From Nitrosopumilaceae archaeon (GTDB lineage: Archaea > Thermoproteota > Nitrososphaeria > Nitrososphaerales > Nitrosopumilaceae): DNA of 64,000 nt. The notes beneath the pieces were generated by a model. That model was given only the letters and a program-made list of their open reading frames with translations. It was not told the origin of the DNA and made no database searches. Position numbers and translations under genes: made by a program. Where the stretch lies: NCBI GenBank assembly GCA_965214835.1, contig CBDCCK010000002.1, positions 1,888,001 to 1,952,000 of the forward strand. The letters are read 5' to 3'. Shown piece after piece: positions 10,363-21,958 of the stretch (within the stretch, counting starts at the first letter, position 1; every line of letters starts with the position of its first letter).

Positions 10363-13300
10363 GTCTGCGTCCCGTTGCACCTTGGCAGTTTCTAGTGCTG
10401 CCGACGGAATGCTGGCTTCTTTTGTCAGTATCTGCGTCAGGGTATCGCGAACTAGTTCCGGGGAATAGTGGGAATTGGCAAAGGCAAGGGAGTTTTTTGA
10501 GAGCGTATTCCACAAGGATTCATCAGTGTATGCTGAGATCGCCCTGTCTACAAATTCGGCAGGGTCGTCTCCAACCAACAGGATCTTGTCGTCATCTGAC
10601 ATACCCTCTGCCCCTATCGACGTCGTAACAACAGGCAACCCATACGCAAAGCTACTAGTGATCTTTCCCTTAATCCCGGCCCCATATGTCAGAGGAACCA
10701 GCATGATCCTGCAGCGGTTGAGGTGTCCCTCTATGTCCGGTAGGTATCCGAGAAAGGCGACGTTTTTGGTACCGGTGCACAGATCCCTGATCTTTTTGGA
10801 CGCATTGCTTCCTATAACGTACAGCCTGACATCGGGCAGGCGCTCTCTGATCTGTGGGAATATGCGACTTGTCAGATATTCAAGGGAATCTACATTTGGT
10901 GGGTGTGTAAACCCTCCCACAAACAGGAAATCCTTTCGTTTTTCAAACGGTACGGGACTCTTTTGTGGAATCTGCAGCGGCGGAATTACGGCGACCGACA
11001 GGCCGGGATCCTCGTTTAGCAGGAATCTTGCCTCCTTGAGGCTACGGACTATGACCATATCTGACTTGCCGATAAGAGACAATTCGCCTTTGCTGTTCCT
11101 GCTTGCAGCAGTTATCTGTGATGGGTCTTGGGACAGTACGGCCATCCTGTACTCGCGGACAAAGTGAAGATCCGTAGTGTCGTAGACTATCTTGCATCCT
11201 GGCGCGTGTCTTTTGAGACGGTCAAAATATCTTGCGGTGATATGAGGCCTTGAGGCAAAACAGACGTGAAAGGTCTCCTTGCGTCCTTTCAAAAACTCCT
11301 CAAAGTCGCGGTTTCCGTAGACGACCTCGATTCCCTTCTGCTGCAGCTCCGTAGCATATGGCTCTGTTCTGGCCAAGTTATCTGGCCAGAAGGTGACGTT
11401 GTGGTTCATGGATGCCAAGATTGAGATCACATAGTACGCAGTAAGCGAGCCCGCGTCGCGATCGTACTCTGGGACGAAGTGATCTATGTAGAGTATGTTG
11501 AGGCCGGCAGTGCGGTTCCTCTCAAAGAATACATTCTCCGGCGAGTCCGGATGCCTGCTTTGTATGATCCCTTCCCATTTTTTCATGTATCTATCCTTGT
11601 TTGTGACTTGGAATGACTTTATTCCCTGTGAGGTGTCGGTGCCTTGGGTCCTGCCTTCGTGGTGGATGAAACAGGCCATGGGCTGGTACAGGATGCTGTA
11701 TCCCTTTTGCCTGATGGCCTGGCAGAGGTCATTGTCCTCCCAGTAGGCAACGTCGTATCCGGAGTCGAACCCTCCGTTCTCCTCGAAGATCTCCCGCCTG
11801 ACCATCAGACATGCTCCAGAACAGTAGTCGACCTCCCTGACAAAGTTATACTCGGCCTTGTCCGGGTCGTCGCCTCTCCCGTAGTTCCATACGTTTCCGT
11901 TCCCCCAGACGATGCATCCGGCTTCCTGCAGGGTTCCGTCGGCAGACAGCAGCTTGCCTCCCACGGCACCCGTCCCCTCATTCAGGGCCAGCTTCAGCAT
12001 GGCCTCCAGCCAGTTCGGCGAGGCCACCTCCATATCGTCGTTTAGAAAAACCAGATATTCGCCCCGGGCACTCTTGGATGCATGGTTGTTGATTTTTGCA
12101 AAGGAGTATTCGCCATCATAAATCAGAACCTTGTGCCTGATCCCGTCAAGGTATCGCCGCATCTCCGAATCTCCATCTTTGTTGTTTGTGACAATGATGA
12201 TCTCATAGTTTTTGTATGTCGTCTTTGACTCTATAGACTCTAGGTTCTTTCTGAGATAATCGGTTTGGTTGAGGGTGGGGATGATTATGCTGACCTTTGG
12301 ATTTCTTGGAAGCGTGAGGATTTCTGCCGATCCTATCTGAATGTGCTCTCTCAGATCTTCGTCAGGCTCGGCGGGGTACTCGTTGCAGAATATCCTTGAG
12401 TTCAATTTGGGATCATCAAGTTTGATCGTCTCCGAGTATCGCCTGACTCTTTCGGACAGGATGTTGGTGGCAACATCCAAGGAGGGGGGGGGGGGAAGGC
12501 TGCTCCAAAGTGGCAAAACCCATGTCTGAGCTTCTAGAGCCTGAGCTGTTGCAACTAAGAGACTGAAGGAAACCGTTGAGAATTTTCTCACCTACCTTAA
12601 GAGAATGGTATCTATCAAAATACGTTTTTCCATTTTGGCTGAGCCTTAACCAAAGATTCTCATCATCAAGAAGAGTGAAGACTGCATCGGCAAACTCTTC
12701 TTCATTGCTTGCGACAAGAACATCTTTTTTGCTTTTTAATTCAGTGCCGGCAAGTCCTAGAGGCGTCGTAATGACTGGAACGTTGAAGTTTAAAGACTCT
12801 AAGATTTTACCTTTTATTCCACCTGCCACCATCATATATGCAATGGTGGCAACAGCTCCGTCGTAATAAGGGAAAAGATCCTTTACAAAACCGGAAAAAT
12901 GGATGTTAGAATTTTCCATTTTTGTTAGTTCTTTAGGCGGGTCATTGCCTACAAAATACATCTCTATTGCAGGCATTTTTTTGAGAATAAGTGGAAATAC
13001 GTCATCGATGATTTTTTTCGCGGACACCACGTTTGGGGTGTGAGAAAACCCACCCACAAAAAGAAGATACTTTCTCTCATTGAATTTTTTTACTGGCCTG
13101 GTATTTAAATGGCGAATGTCAGGAAGCAGTAAAAGTTTTTCGGAGGGAACAATTTTTTGTAACAGATTTATTTCTCGCTGGGTAATCACCATTAGGTGAT
13201 CAGAGATATTGGTGAAATCTCTACCAAATTTAGTTAGTGTGTCTAGTGCTTTTTGATCATCGTCAACTTGTATGTTTTTATCTTGACTAACCAACCTGCA

Positions 13301-16300
13301 AAATCCGTAGAGATCATCAATATGGAGTAGAATTTTTGTTTGGGGGGAAGTAGTTTTAGACTGATGAAGATATTGTTTGCATTGAACAGAAGACATTCTG
13401 TTTGTATTGATAACTATCAAATCATAGTAATTTTTTCGATCTTCAAGCAAGACGGACACATCAAAATTTTGTGCGGGGATTATTTCAATCCCCAAACGTC
13501 GTAATCCGTCATTATATTCTGAGGCGCCATAGTGGCTTACAAAAAGTGTAATTTTTGAATTTAGCTGAGAAAGCAATTTTAGAATATTATGCACGCGAAG
13601 ATCTCCTCCGCTCTTATCGTGTTCTGCTATCCGCCCATCAATTACAAGAATTCTAACCGAATCGCGCATGTCCCGGGCAAGTAAAACGTTAGAGTCCGAA
13701 GGGATGTGCTTTGTAGAAAGGGCTTCCTTCCAAGTTTTCTGGAATTTGGGGCGGTTGATTATCTCGAATCGCTTTGTACCGGAGGGATTTTGCGGATCCC
13801 TGGTTGAAGAAATTCCCTCATAGTGAACTATCGAAGAGAACGGAGTATACATGACACGTAGTGAGTTTTTGTGTGCGTTGAAACAAAGATCAACATCTTC
13901 ATAATATGCAGGAATGTATTTTTCGCTAAATTTGCCCAATTTCTCAAAAATACTTTTCTTTACTAGTAAACATGCGCCAGAAACATAATCGACATCTCTA
14001 ACAAAATTATATTCCGGTTTTAAATGATCATCATTTCTGCCATATGCTCGTGCTGATCCGTCATTCCAAATTATTGAACCTGCTTCCTGCAGACTGCCGT
14101 CAGGGTACAAGAACTTGGGTCCGACAATTCCAACTTTCTCATAATGTTCAAAAATATCAAGTAAAGACTCTAACCAATTTTTTAACACAAGAGTGTCGTT
14201 GTTTAAAAACAACAGGTATTTTCCAACCGCATGGCATGATGCAAAATTATTTCCGGCAATAAACCCCAAATTAGATTTTAAATCAAACGATTTTGTATTT
14301 TTAATTTGTTTTAAAAGAAGCTTACTTGCGTTTTCAGTACAGCCGTTGTTGATTAGTATTATCTCATAAGGGATTTTGGTGTTATGTAAAACAGACGCAA
14401 GGCAATTAAATGTATATGCGGCTTTGTTATGATTTAGTATAATTATAGAAACAATAGGCGAATCATGTTTTGGAAATGTTAGGACAGAGTTAGTGTTTGC
14501 GTATTCTAATTCTTCTCTAAATTGTTCAGCTACATTACTGCCTTCTATTTTGGGAATAAGAACCGGTTTGAATGTAAGTACTGAAGTTAAGCTAGATTTG
14601 TTCTTTTTAGCTATGAATTCCTCAATTAATTTTTTTAGACCATGGGTTTTGGTGATGTACAAGCTAGATTTCATCACGCGTAAAAACTCGCCACTCCTAG
14701 TATTTGGCTTGAAAGTTCTATCTAGACTATTTGTAAATCCATTAAGAAATGAGAAAATCAGTGAGCTGTTGATTTGTTCTAATTCATATGCCAACGAATT
14801 ATATTTTGATTGTAATTCTGCCAACTCGGAGTTTTTGTAAGTAATCTGCTCTTTTAGAGAAGGTACACGCAAGTTTTTCGCGTCAACCTCTGCCTGTAGC
14901 CTCTTGACCATAGTGCCCAGCTCGGCCTTGTCGCCCTCCAGCGTGTCGACCTGCCTGCCCAGCTCGGCCTTGTCGCCCTCCAGCGTGTCGACCTGCCTGC
15001 CCAGCTCGGCCTTGTCGCCCTCCAGCGTGTCGACCTGCCTGCCCAGCTCGGCCTTGTCGCCCTCCAGCGTGTCGACCTGCCTGCCCAGCTCGGCCTTGTC
15101 GCCCTCCAGCGTGTCGACCTGCCTGCCCAGCTCGGCCTTGTCGCCCTCCAGCGTGTCGACCTGCCTGCCCAGCTCGGCCTTGTCGCCCTCCAGCGTGTCG
15201 ACCTGCCTGCCCAGCTCGGCCTCGACCTGCCTGTCTTGTCGCCCTCCAGCGTGTCGACCTGCCTGCCCAGCTCGGCCTTGTCGCCCTCCAGCGTGTCGAC
15301 CTGCCTGCCCAGCTCGGCCTTGTGCCTGCCCAGCTCGGCCTCCCTGTCTTGCAGCTTGGATGCCAGTGAGGAAGATTCTTCCGCTAGCCGAAATGAAGAA
15401 AGCAGTGATTCGTAATAGTGCTTGTATTTTCTTAGTTTCACCTTGTGAGAATCCGTGGAATCATCTGAAATTGCCCATTCGAGGAGGCGTGTGTAATCTC
15501 CGTTCTTGACTTCCGGAAAGGCCTTCCGCAGATCCGGTCTCAAGCGGTATATTTTCAATAGTTCGTCTAGCTCGATCTTGTAGCTCTCCAGATCGATCCG
15601 GCTTGGCTGTTGATCAGATATACTGGCCTCTTCAACTCGCATTTTCTGCATCTGTGATCTGATAAATTCACTTGAATTTTCTTCATGTGTGTTTTTATAG
15701 CAAATTTGCAACAGATCAAGAGCAGCTGCGTCGGTTGTGATAATCAGCGAGAGCTCTAACCACACCATTGCATTTTCAAATTTGCCACTGTCCATCAACA
15801 CATTGCCCTGCAACAGGTATCTTGCGTGATCGCTTTTATCGTGTTCAATCATTCGATCTAAGATCTTGGAACACTCGTGGTATTCCTGCAAGTTATACAG
15901 GCAGTTTGCACATCCCTCCAAGGCTGGAATGTATCCCCAATCTGTTTCAAGTATGCCCCTGTAAATTCTTAGTGCATCTGTCCACTTTGATGACTCTGCC
16001 AGCTTGTCTGCGTTGTAAAGATCTAGCAACACTTGGTTCTTTGTTAGACAATACTTTGTAGTTATATGTTTATAGACAAAGTCCTTGTTTTTCTCCATCA
16101 GTATGCTGGAGTTGCGCGTCGAGCCCTGCGTGTTGATCCAGTATTCTCCAGTGGCTTTTGGAACTCGCACAAAATAGGCGTGCTTGGAAAACCTCCTTAG
16201 AACGTCCCAGTCCTCCCAAAAATCTAGTGCCTCATCATACCTCTCAACCTTGGACAGCTCCTTTCTGTGCACCACCGCAAAATTGGGTATGAAGTTGTCC

Positions 16301-17532
16301 TGATCTACTGGATCATATCTCGCATTCTTCAGCTTCTTCAGCTTCTTTTCGATCGGAATCTGCACCCCGTCCTCATTCACCATACAGTTGACTTGGACGT
16401 AATCCGCATATACGAGCATCCTAGACTCAAATCTGACAAGCTCCCCCACGGTAACCTCCAGATGATCCGGATACAGCCTGTCATCGTCATCTAGATACGC
16501 AATGAGCTCGCCTCCAGCTGCTGTATCTATTGCATAGTTGTTGGCATAGGACTTGCCCCTGTGTTCTTCTAGCCTGATATACCTGATCCTAGGATCCTCA
16601 AACCCGTCAATTATACCCTTGATGTCCCTTCCCCCATCATTGACTATAATCAACTCGAAATTCTCATACGTCTGCGACAATACCGACCTTATCGCAAGTG
16701 GGATTATGGATTCCCTGTCTCGTGTGGCCATTATTACAGAAACAAGCGGGCTTTTGGGCGGCTTGGACGGGACTTGGCCTCCGCCTCGTGGCACCCACTT
16801 TCGCAGGAAATAGTCCTTGTTCTTCTGATCCACAAACGGTGATCTCAAGTCCGGATCCCCGGCGTGCGTAGGATCACCGGTATCGGTGCGGTAGACAAAG
16901 ACGTCCCTAGCAACCAGGATCGTCCCCCCAGCCTCCCGTATCCGCCTGCAATAGTCGTCATCATACAGCGGCCCGAAGCTGAATCCCTCGTCCAAGGGCC
17001 CTATGTCGGCTACAATCTTTGATCTTGCCACCATACAAAAGCCCCCGACCCGGTGGTATTTGGCCGTCAGACCCTCATACTTGGCGTGAAAGTCCCTGCC
17101 GTATTCGGCAATATGCACGGGATCGGATCCCACGCCGCACGAATAGTCGCACTGCATGACACCTGCCGAGTTGCTCATGGGCCCGACCGCCCCCGCATCC
17201 GGGTTGCCCTCAAGGTGTCCCACGAGCGTGTCCAGCCAGCCCGGGGTCACGATGACGCTGCTGTCCAGCCAGACGGCATACCTAGCGCGAATCTTTTCCA
17301 GTCCCTGATTCATGGCCCTTACGAACCCGGCGTCTTTTTTGTTTCTGATCAGTACCGAGCCGTCAAACCTTTTGAGGTACTGCAAGGTTCCGTCCGTCGA
17401 GCCGTTGTCTACGAATATGTACCTGTAGGATATGGCGCCTTTGCTTGCCTCTACGCTCTCGATACACCTTTTTGTGCCATCCAGATCGTTACGGGTCACG
17501 ATGATGATGTCGCACGTAGACGGTGTGCTCAT
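10345..17532 (-). pseudogene. Giant multidomain glycosyltransferase (~2390 codons) split by two frameshifts: GT2-GT2-TPR-'RPDL' domain-coiled coil-amphipathic segment-GT2-GT4-GT2-GT4
   Basis: ORFs 14854..17553, 12416..14911 and 10345..12591 join across a 14-nt insertion (15221-15234) and a C12 tract (12484-12495); start MSTPSTCDIII matches the paralog at 58218; the stop lies inside MITE D. Confidence 0.82.
14917..15320 (-). repeat. 42-bp coding tandem repeat (AELGRQVDTLEGDK, ~9 units)
   Basis: Units at 14921, 14963, 15005, 15047, 15089, 15131, 15173, 15215 (+14 nt), 15271. Confidence 0.95.
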
Positions 17533-17576
17533 ATCAATGAAAAAAGGCTCCACGTATTAATAACATACTGCATGCC

Positions 17577-17697
17577 CAGTCTTCCCAGAAGTACCGCATA
17601 AAATCATCCCGGGCCAGAAACAATTCAGATGAGGATGCCTGCAGATCTGCATGTCACCTACTGCACTGCCGTGAGTCGGTTACTTCTGGGAAGACTG
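17577..17697. mobile_element. MITE family D copy
   Basis: Perfect TIR CAGTCTTCCCAGAAGT / ACTTCTGGGAAGACTG; body similar to 10243..10362. Confidence 0.88.
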
Positions 17698-17741
17698 ACT
17701 ATTACAGTCTAATATATATTGATATTTTTGGAAGCTCTGTT

Positions 17742-20239
17742 GTGCCCAACCTATTTTCAGATCTAATTCGTCAACAGACCTTATGCGTAATCGACCGGAT
17801 CGAAATATTCCGACGGTGGCCGGCCATACATGCAAGGCTGACGGCATCACATGACGTGTATGAGGGCGGCAGAGTCCGTATATAGTGCAGCTACGAGCCA
17901 TTACAGCTGGTAAAAACTACAGTATAGTGCGGCATCGTGTGGCGCCGCAATGCGCTCCGTATCGTGGTATCAGAACCCATGCATGAGCTTCTTGTTCCGC
18001 TTGTCCCACAGCAGCCTAAAGTTGGCAAGCCCGGCCGTCACCTGGAACTCCCTGTCGAACTCCTCGGCGGTCCCGTCGTACGGATCACGCATCCGCTTGT
18101 ACTGCTTTATCCGTCCTATGGCGTGCTCTACTGTCACCCTCTTGCTGCTTATCCTCCTGTTCTGCGCTTTCTGTTTCTTTGTAAGCTTGCCTTTCCTTGG
18201 CTTCTTGTCGGGCTGCACGGATGTGGCCCCGGGATACACCTCCTCGATTCCCATGTATCCCAGATCAGAGAACATCTTTACCTTCTCGTCCTCGGGGTGC
18301 TTTCTGTTGCTGCGCATCCTGGCAGTCAGGATTCCCAGATCCGGTGGGTTGTTCTTTATCATGGTGAGGTCGTGCGTGCTTCCGGGCGCCGACTTGCTTG
18401 CATACATCGCCAGTCCCTTCTTGTCGGCAATCACCTGGGTGTTGCGCGTAAAGCTCTTCTTCTTGCCAGAGTATGCCTCCTTTCTTGGCTCCTTGTCTGT
18501 GGGGCGCTGTATGTCGATGTGCGTGCCGTCTACAATCACGGTCAGATCCGGGACGATCTTCTTGACTTCCTTGATCGTGCGGGCGTTTCGTATCTTTCGC
18601 GATACGGCGTCCGGCGTGGGCAGTATCTTGGTGAATATCATGTCGCAATACCTGAGGTACCTGCATACGGTGCTCTGGTCTATGCCAAAGAATGCCGCAA
18701 GCTGCTCCTGTGTCGGGTTTCCGTACTTGCGCATCAGCGACATCAGCAGGGCGTGGCGGTAGGACAGCTTGCACCGGTTTCCGGGCAAGTTGTCCTCGTC
18801 TTCTGAGAACAGGGGGCCTTCTGTGTGCTTTTTGGCAAGCTTCGTAAACCGGTCATATATGTAGTCAAACTGGCGGAGGTTCATCGACGTGGTGGGCTGC
18901 AGGGACCCGCCACCGATTATGTCATCGAGCACCTCGAGCCTGTGCATGAGGGCGGCGTTGTCCGCGGAGCGCCTGTCGTCATCCCAGGTTGCGGGCCACA
19001 TCCGGCGCTCGGCGTCCAGCTGCTGTTCCAGCTGCCCTATCCTCTCCTGATCCCGCTCCTGCCTCCTGCCGTCCTGCCTGCTCTTCTTCTCGTACTCTCT
19101 GATCTCCTTCCTGTACTGCATCCTCTCCGTCCTGTCCCGCGCCTTCTCCTTCCTGTCCTGCCTGCTCTTCTTCTCGTGCCTCTTGATCCTCTTCTCATAC
19201 TTCTTGATCTTCTTTTTGTCCCGCGCCTTCTCCTTCCTGTCCTGTACCTTCTCCTTCTCGTACTGCTCGATTCTCTTCTTCAGCAGTCGTATCTGCTCGG
19301 TCTCGGACTTTGCCATTACTCTTATGCGAGAATGGATCCCGGATCTAAATCAATCGTCTGAAAATAGTTGTGGTTTTGATCAAATATTTTCAACGTTGTA
19401 AGGTACAGTCGCGCGTGCGCCGGCCCTGACTTGCCTCATTTGTAGCCCGTGCGCCGGGGGCATCGCCGCTAATTTCGTTTACGCATAAGGTCTAACGAAC
19501 AATCGTATTTTCATTGGCTATTACTGATGTAAAATTGCGATACAAAAATTCGGCTCTGGGGTTTTTCTGGACATTTCTAGAACCTGTATTGATGCTAGGA
19601 ATACTCTATGTTGTATTTAGCAATATTTTGCGAAGTGAGATTGAACACTACCCGATGTACTTGCTGATCGGGCTGGTATTTTGGTATATGTTTTCAAGAG
19701 CTACAACTGCTGGAATGACAAGCTTGCAAGACAAATCGTTTATAATCCAAAAAACATCTTTACGTCGTGAAATTATTGTTATTAGTTCTACGCTTACCGC
19801 TTTCATAATGATGATGTTTGAACTGTTGGCGTTTGGTGTATTTGTAATAATTTTTCAATTTGTTCCGCCATTAACAATATCGTTCTTGCCTATTTTACTA
19901 CTGGAGATACTCGTTTTATCTCTAGGCATAGCGTTCATCCTCTCTATTCTTAATGTTTATTTTAGAGATATTCGCTTTATTTGGCAAGTGATTCTTCAGG
20001 CGTCTTTCTTTCTTTCTCCCATAATCTATACACTTGACATGTTTCCTGAAACCATTCGTGGTATATTGGAAATTAACCCCTTCGTCCACATGTTAAACAT
20101 AACTCATAGTTTAGTACTGTATGGAACAACGCCCGAATTAAATTCCTTGTTTTACCTGATATCCACCACTGGAGCTCTGCTGGTGTTTGGATACTATTTA
20201 TTTAAATCAAAAGGGAAAAAAATTGCGGAGAAAATATAA
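17742..20239 (+). pseudogene. wzm: ABC-2 polysaccharide exporter permease interrupted near codon 11 by an IS
   Basis: GTG CCC AAC CTA TTT TCA GAT.. at 17742 matches MPNLFSDLIRQ of 44400..45176 and resumes at 19494; KLRYKNSALGFFWTFLEP motif. Confidence 0.88.
17776..19493 (-). mobile_element. IS5-family (ISL2/DDE_Tnp_4-like) element; transposase 17970..19316
   Basis: TIR AGACCTTATGCGTAA; TSD AAC; motifs VDGTHIDIQRP..YSGKKK, HDL, SDLGY, RVTVEHAIGRIK. Confidence 0.9.
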
Positions 20240-20985
20240 TGTCTGAAAGCATTGCTTTAAGATTAGAAAATGTTTCAAAAACATTTCGTATTCGATCAAA
20301 TAAAGACAGTACACTGTTTGAATTTTTAACCTCTTTTTGGAAAAATAATGTTGATGAAGAATTGAAAGTTTTACAAAATATCAACCTAACTATTCACAAG
20401 GGTGAGACATTAGGAATATTGGGTCTTAACGGAGCTGGAAAAAGCACACTATTAAAAATTTTAGCACAAATCTACGCTCCTGACTCTGGAACATTGCACG
20501 TTAATGGGAAATTAACCCCTTTCTTGGATCTAGGTACTGGATTTAATGGAGAGCTTTCTGCACGAGAAAATGTTTATGTTTATGGCATATTGTTAGGATT
20601 ATCAAAGAAACAAATTACTGATAAAATAGGTGACATTTTTGAGTATGCAGAACTTGAAAAATTCAAAAACACAAAATTGAAGAATTTTTCTTCTGGCATG
20701 GTGGCAAGATTGGCATTTTCGACAGCTATTACCGTTGATCCTGATGTCCTGTTGGTTGACGAAGTTCTGGCAGTCGGCGATGCACTATTTCGCCAAAAAA
20801 GCTACAAAGCATTTTTAGACTTTAAACAGAAAAACAAAACAATAATTATTGTCTCTCACTCAGTAACCCAAATTCAAGATCTGTGTGACCGAGCAATACT
20901 ACTTTTCAACGGAAAAATTATTTCTGACGGTGTTCCTGATGTTGTTGCTAAAGAATATGCAAAACTAATTGACACTAAATCGTAA
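20239..20985 (+). CDS. wzt: Polysaccharide ABC exporter ATPase without a C-terminal binding domain
   Basis: GLNGAGKST, FSSGMVARLAFS, LLVDEVLAVGD; 248 aa. Confidence 0.93.
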   Translation: MSESIALRLENVSKTFRIRSNKDSTLFEFLTSFWKNNVDEELKVLQNINLTIHKGETLGILGLNGAGKSTLLKILAQIYAPDSGTLHVNGKLTPFLDLGTGFNGELSARENVYVYGILLGLSKKQITDKIGDIFEYAELEKFKNTKLKNFSSGMVARLAFSTAITVDPDVLLVDEVLAVGDALFRQKSYKAFLDFKQKNKTIIIVSHSVTQIQDLCDRAILLFNGKIISDGVPDVVAKEYAKLIDTKS

Positions 20986-21045
20986 TTACGTTGTTGCGTT
21001 TTAACCACGGGTGTGAGGTCACGTAGTATTCACGGCTACCGTATG

Positions 21046-21247
21046 AGACGTTATATCAAACCTTATCTGTAGCGGACGCCATATTATCCGTGTTGGGCCC
21101 AAGAGCCCAAGTAAACTTGCCACATATGAGGGCGTGTAAGAGACTGGCTCAGAGTAGGCGGACAACGAAATGCCACATCATCGAGGGCGAATGGGAGTTT
21201 TCCGTTCAGTTGGGCACACACACTTTGATCAACATGGAGGTGATATC
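21046..21247 (+). ncRNA. Candidate IS110 bridge RNA (variant 2) ahead of a truncated transposase start
   Basis: Two stem/internal-loop/stem modules; followed by GGAGGTGA and MINIGIDVHKKT; loop GTAAGAGA matches its junctions. Confidence 0.7.
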
Positions 21248-21551
21248 ATGATCAACATAGGAATAGACGTTCATAAGAAGACATGTATGGTAACCATCAA
21301 AGAGTAAGAGACGTTATATCAAACCTTATCTGTAGCTAGTTTGTTGCATAACCCTTCCTAAAATTTGAAATCTGACCGAAAATCACCAAAATGATCAACT
21401 AATCCTTACCGAAAAAGTAATGGATCATGAGGATGCCTCGTATGGTATACATTGACACAAACAGACAATGCAAAGTACGTAAAGAGGGGGGCAGGCCTAT
21501 ACTGACGATCATTGAAAATTTCGCCTGATTACACGTCTTGTGAAGGTTTAT

Positions 21552-21747
21552 AGACGCTATATGAAATCTTATCTGTATCCTGTGATATACAATTACCGTT
21601 GGGCCTGAGAGTCGATGTGATCTTACCATGTACAAGGGTGTTTTATAGACTGACTCGTAACAGCAGGCGGAAAGCAATATACCGCGCAGACGGTGAATGG
21701 GAGATTCCGCCCGGATCAGGCATTTTGATCAAAAAGGAGGTGATAAC
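21552..21747 (+). ncRNA. Candidate IS110 bridge RNA (variant 1)
   Basis: Stems GAGTC/GACTC and GGCGGAA/TTCCGCC enclose loops TTTATAGA and ATGGGAGA that equal the left and right junctions. Confidence 0.75.
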
Positions 21748-21958
21748 ATGATCAACTCGGCCACAGCAGTACGAAACGACTCAAGACTTGGTTCTATATA
21801 TGAAAGGATAAGAAAGAGACGAGGATGGCAAAAGGCAAAGATTGTAGTTGCAAGGCACATGCTGGAGATAATCTGGCACATGCTGACCACCGGGGAGGAG
21901 TACCGCACTCAGAGCAAGACTCTCACGCAGAGAAAGTATAAGAGAATGCATCGCATAG

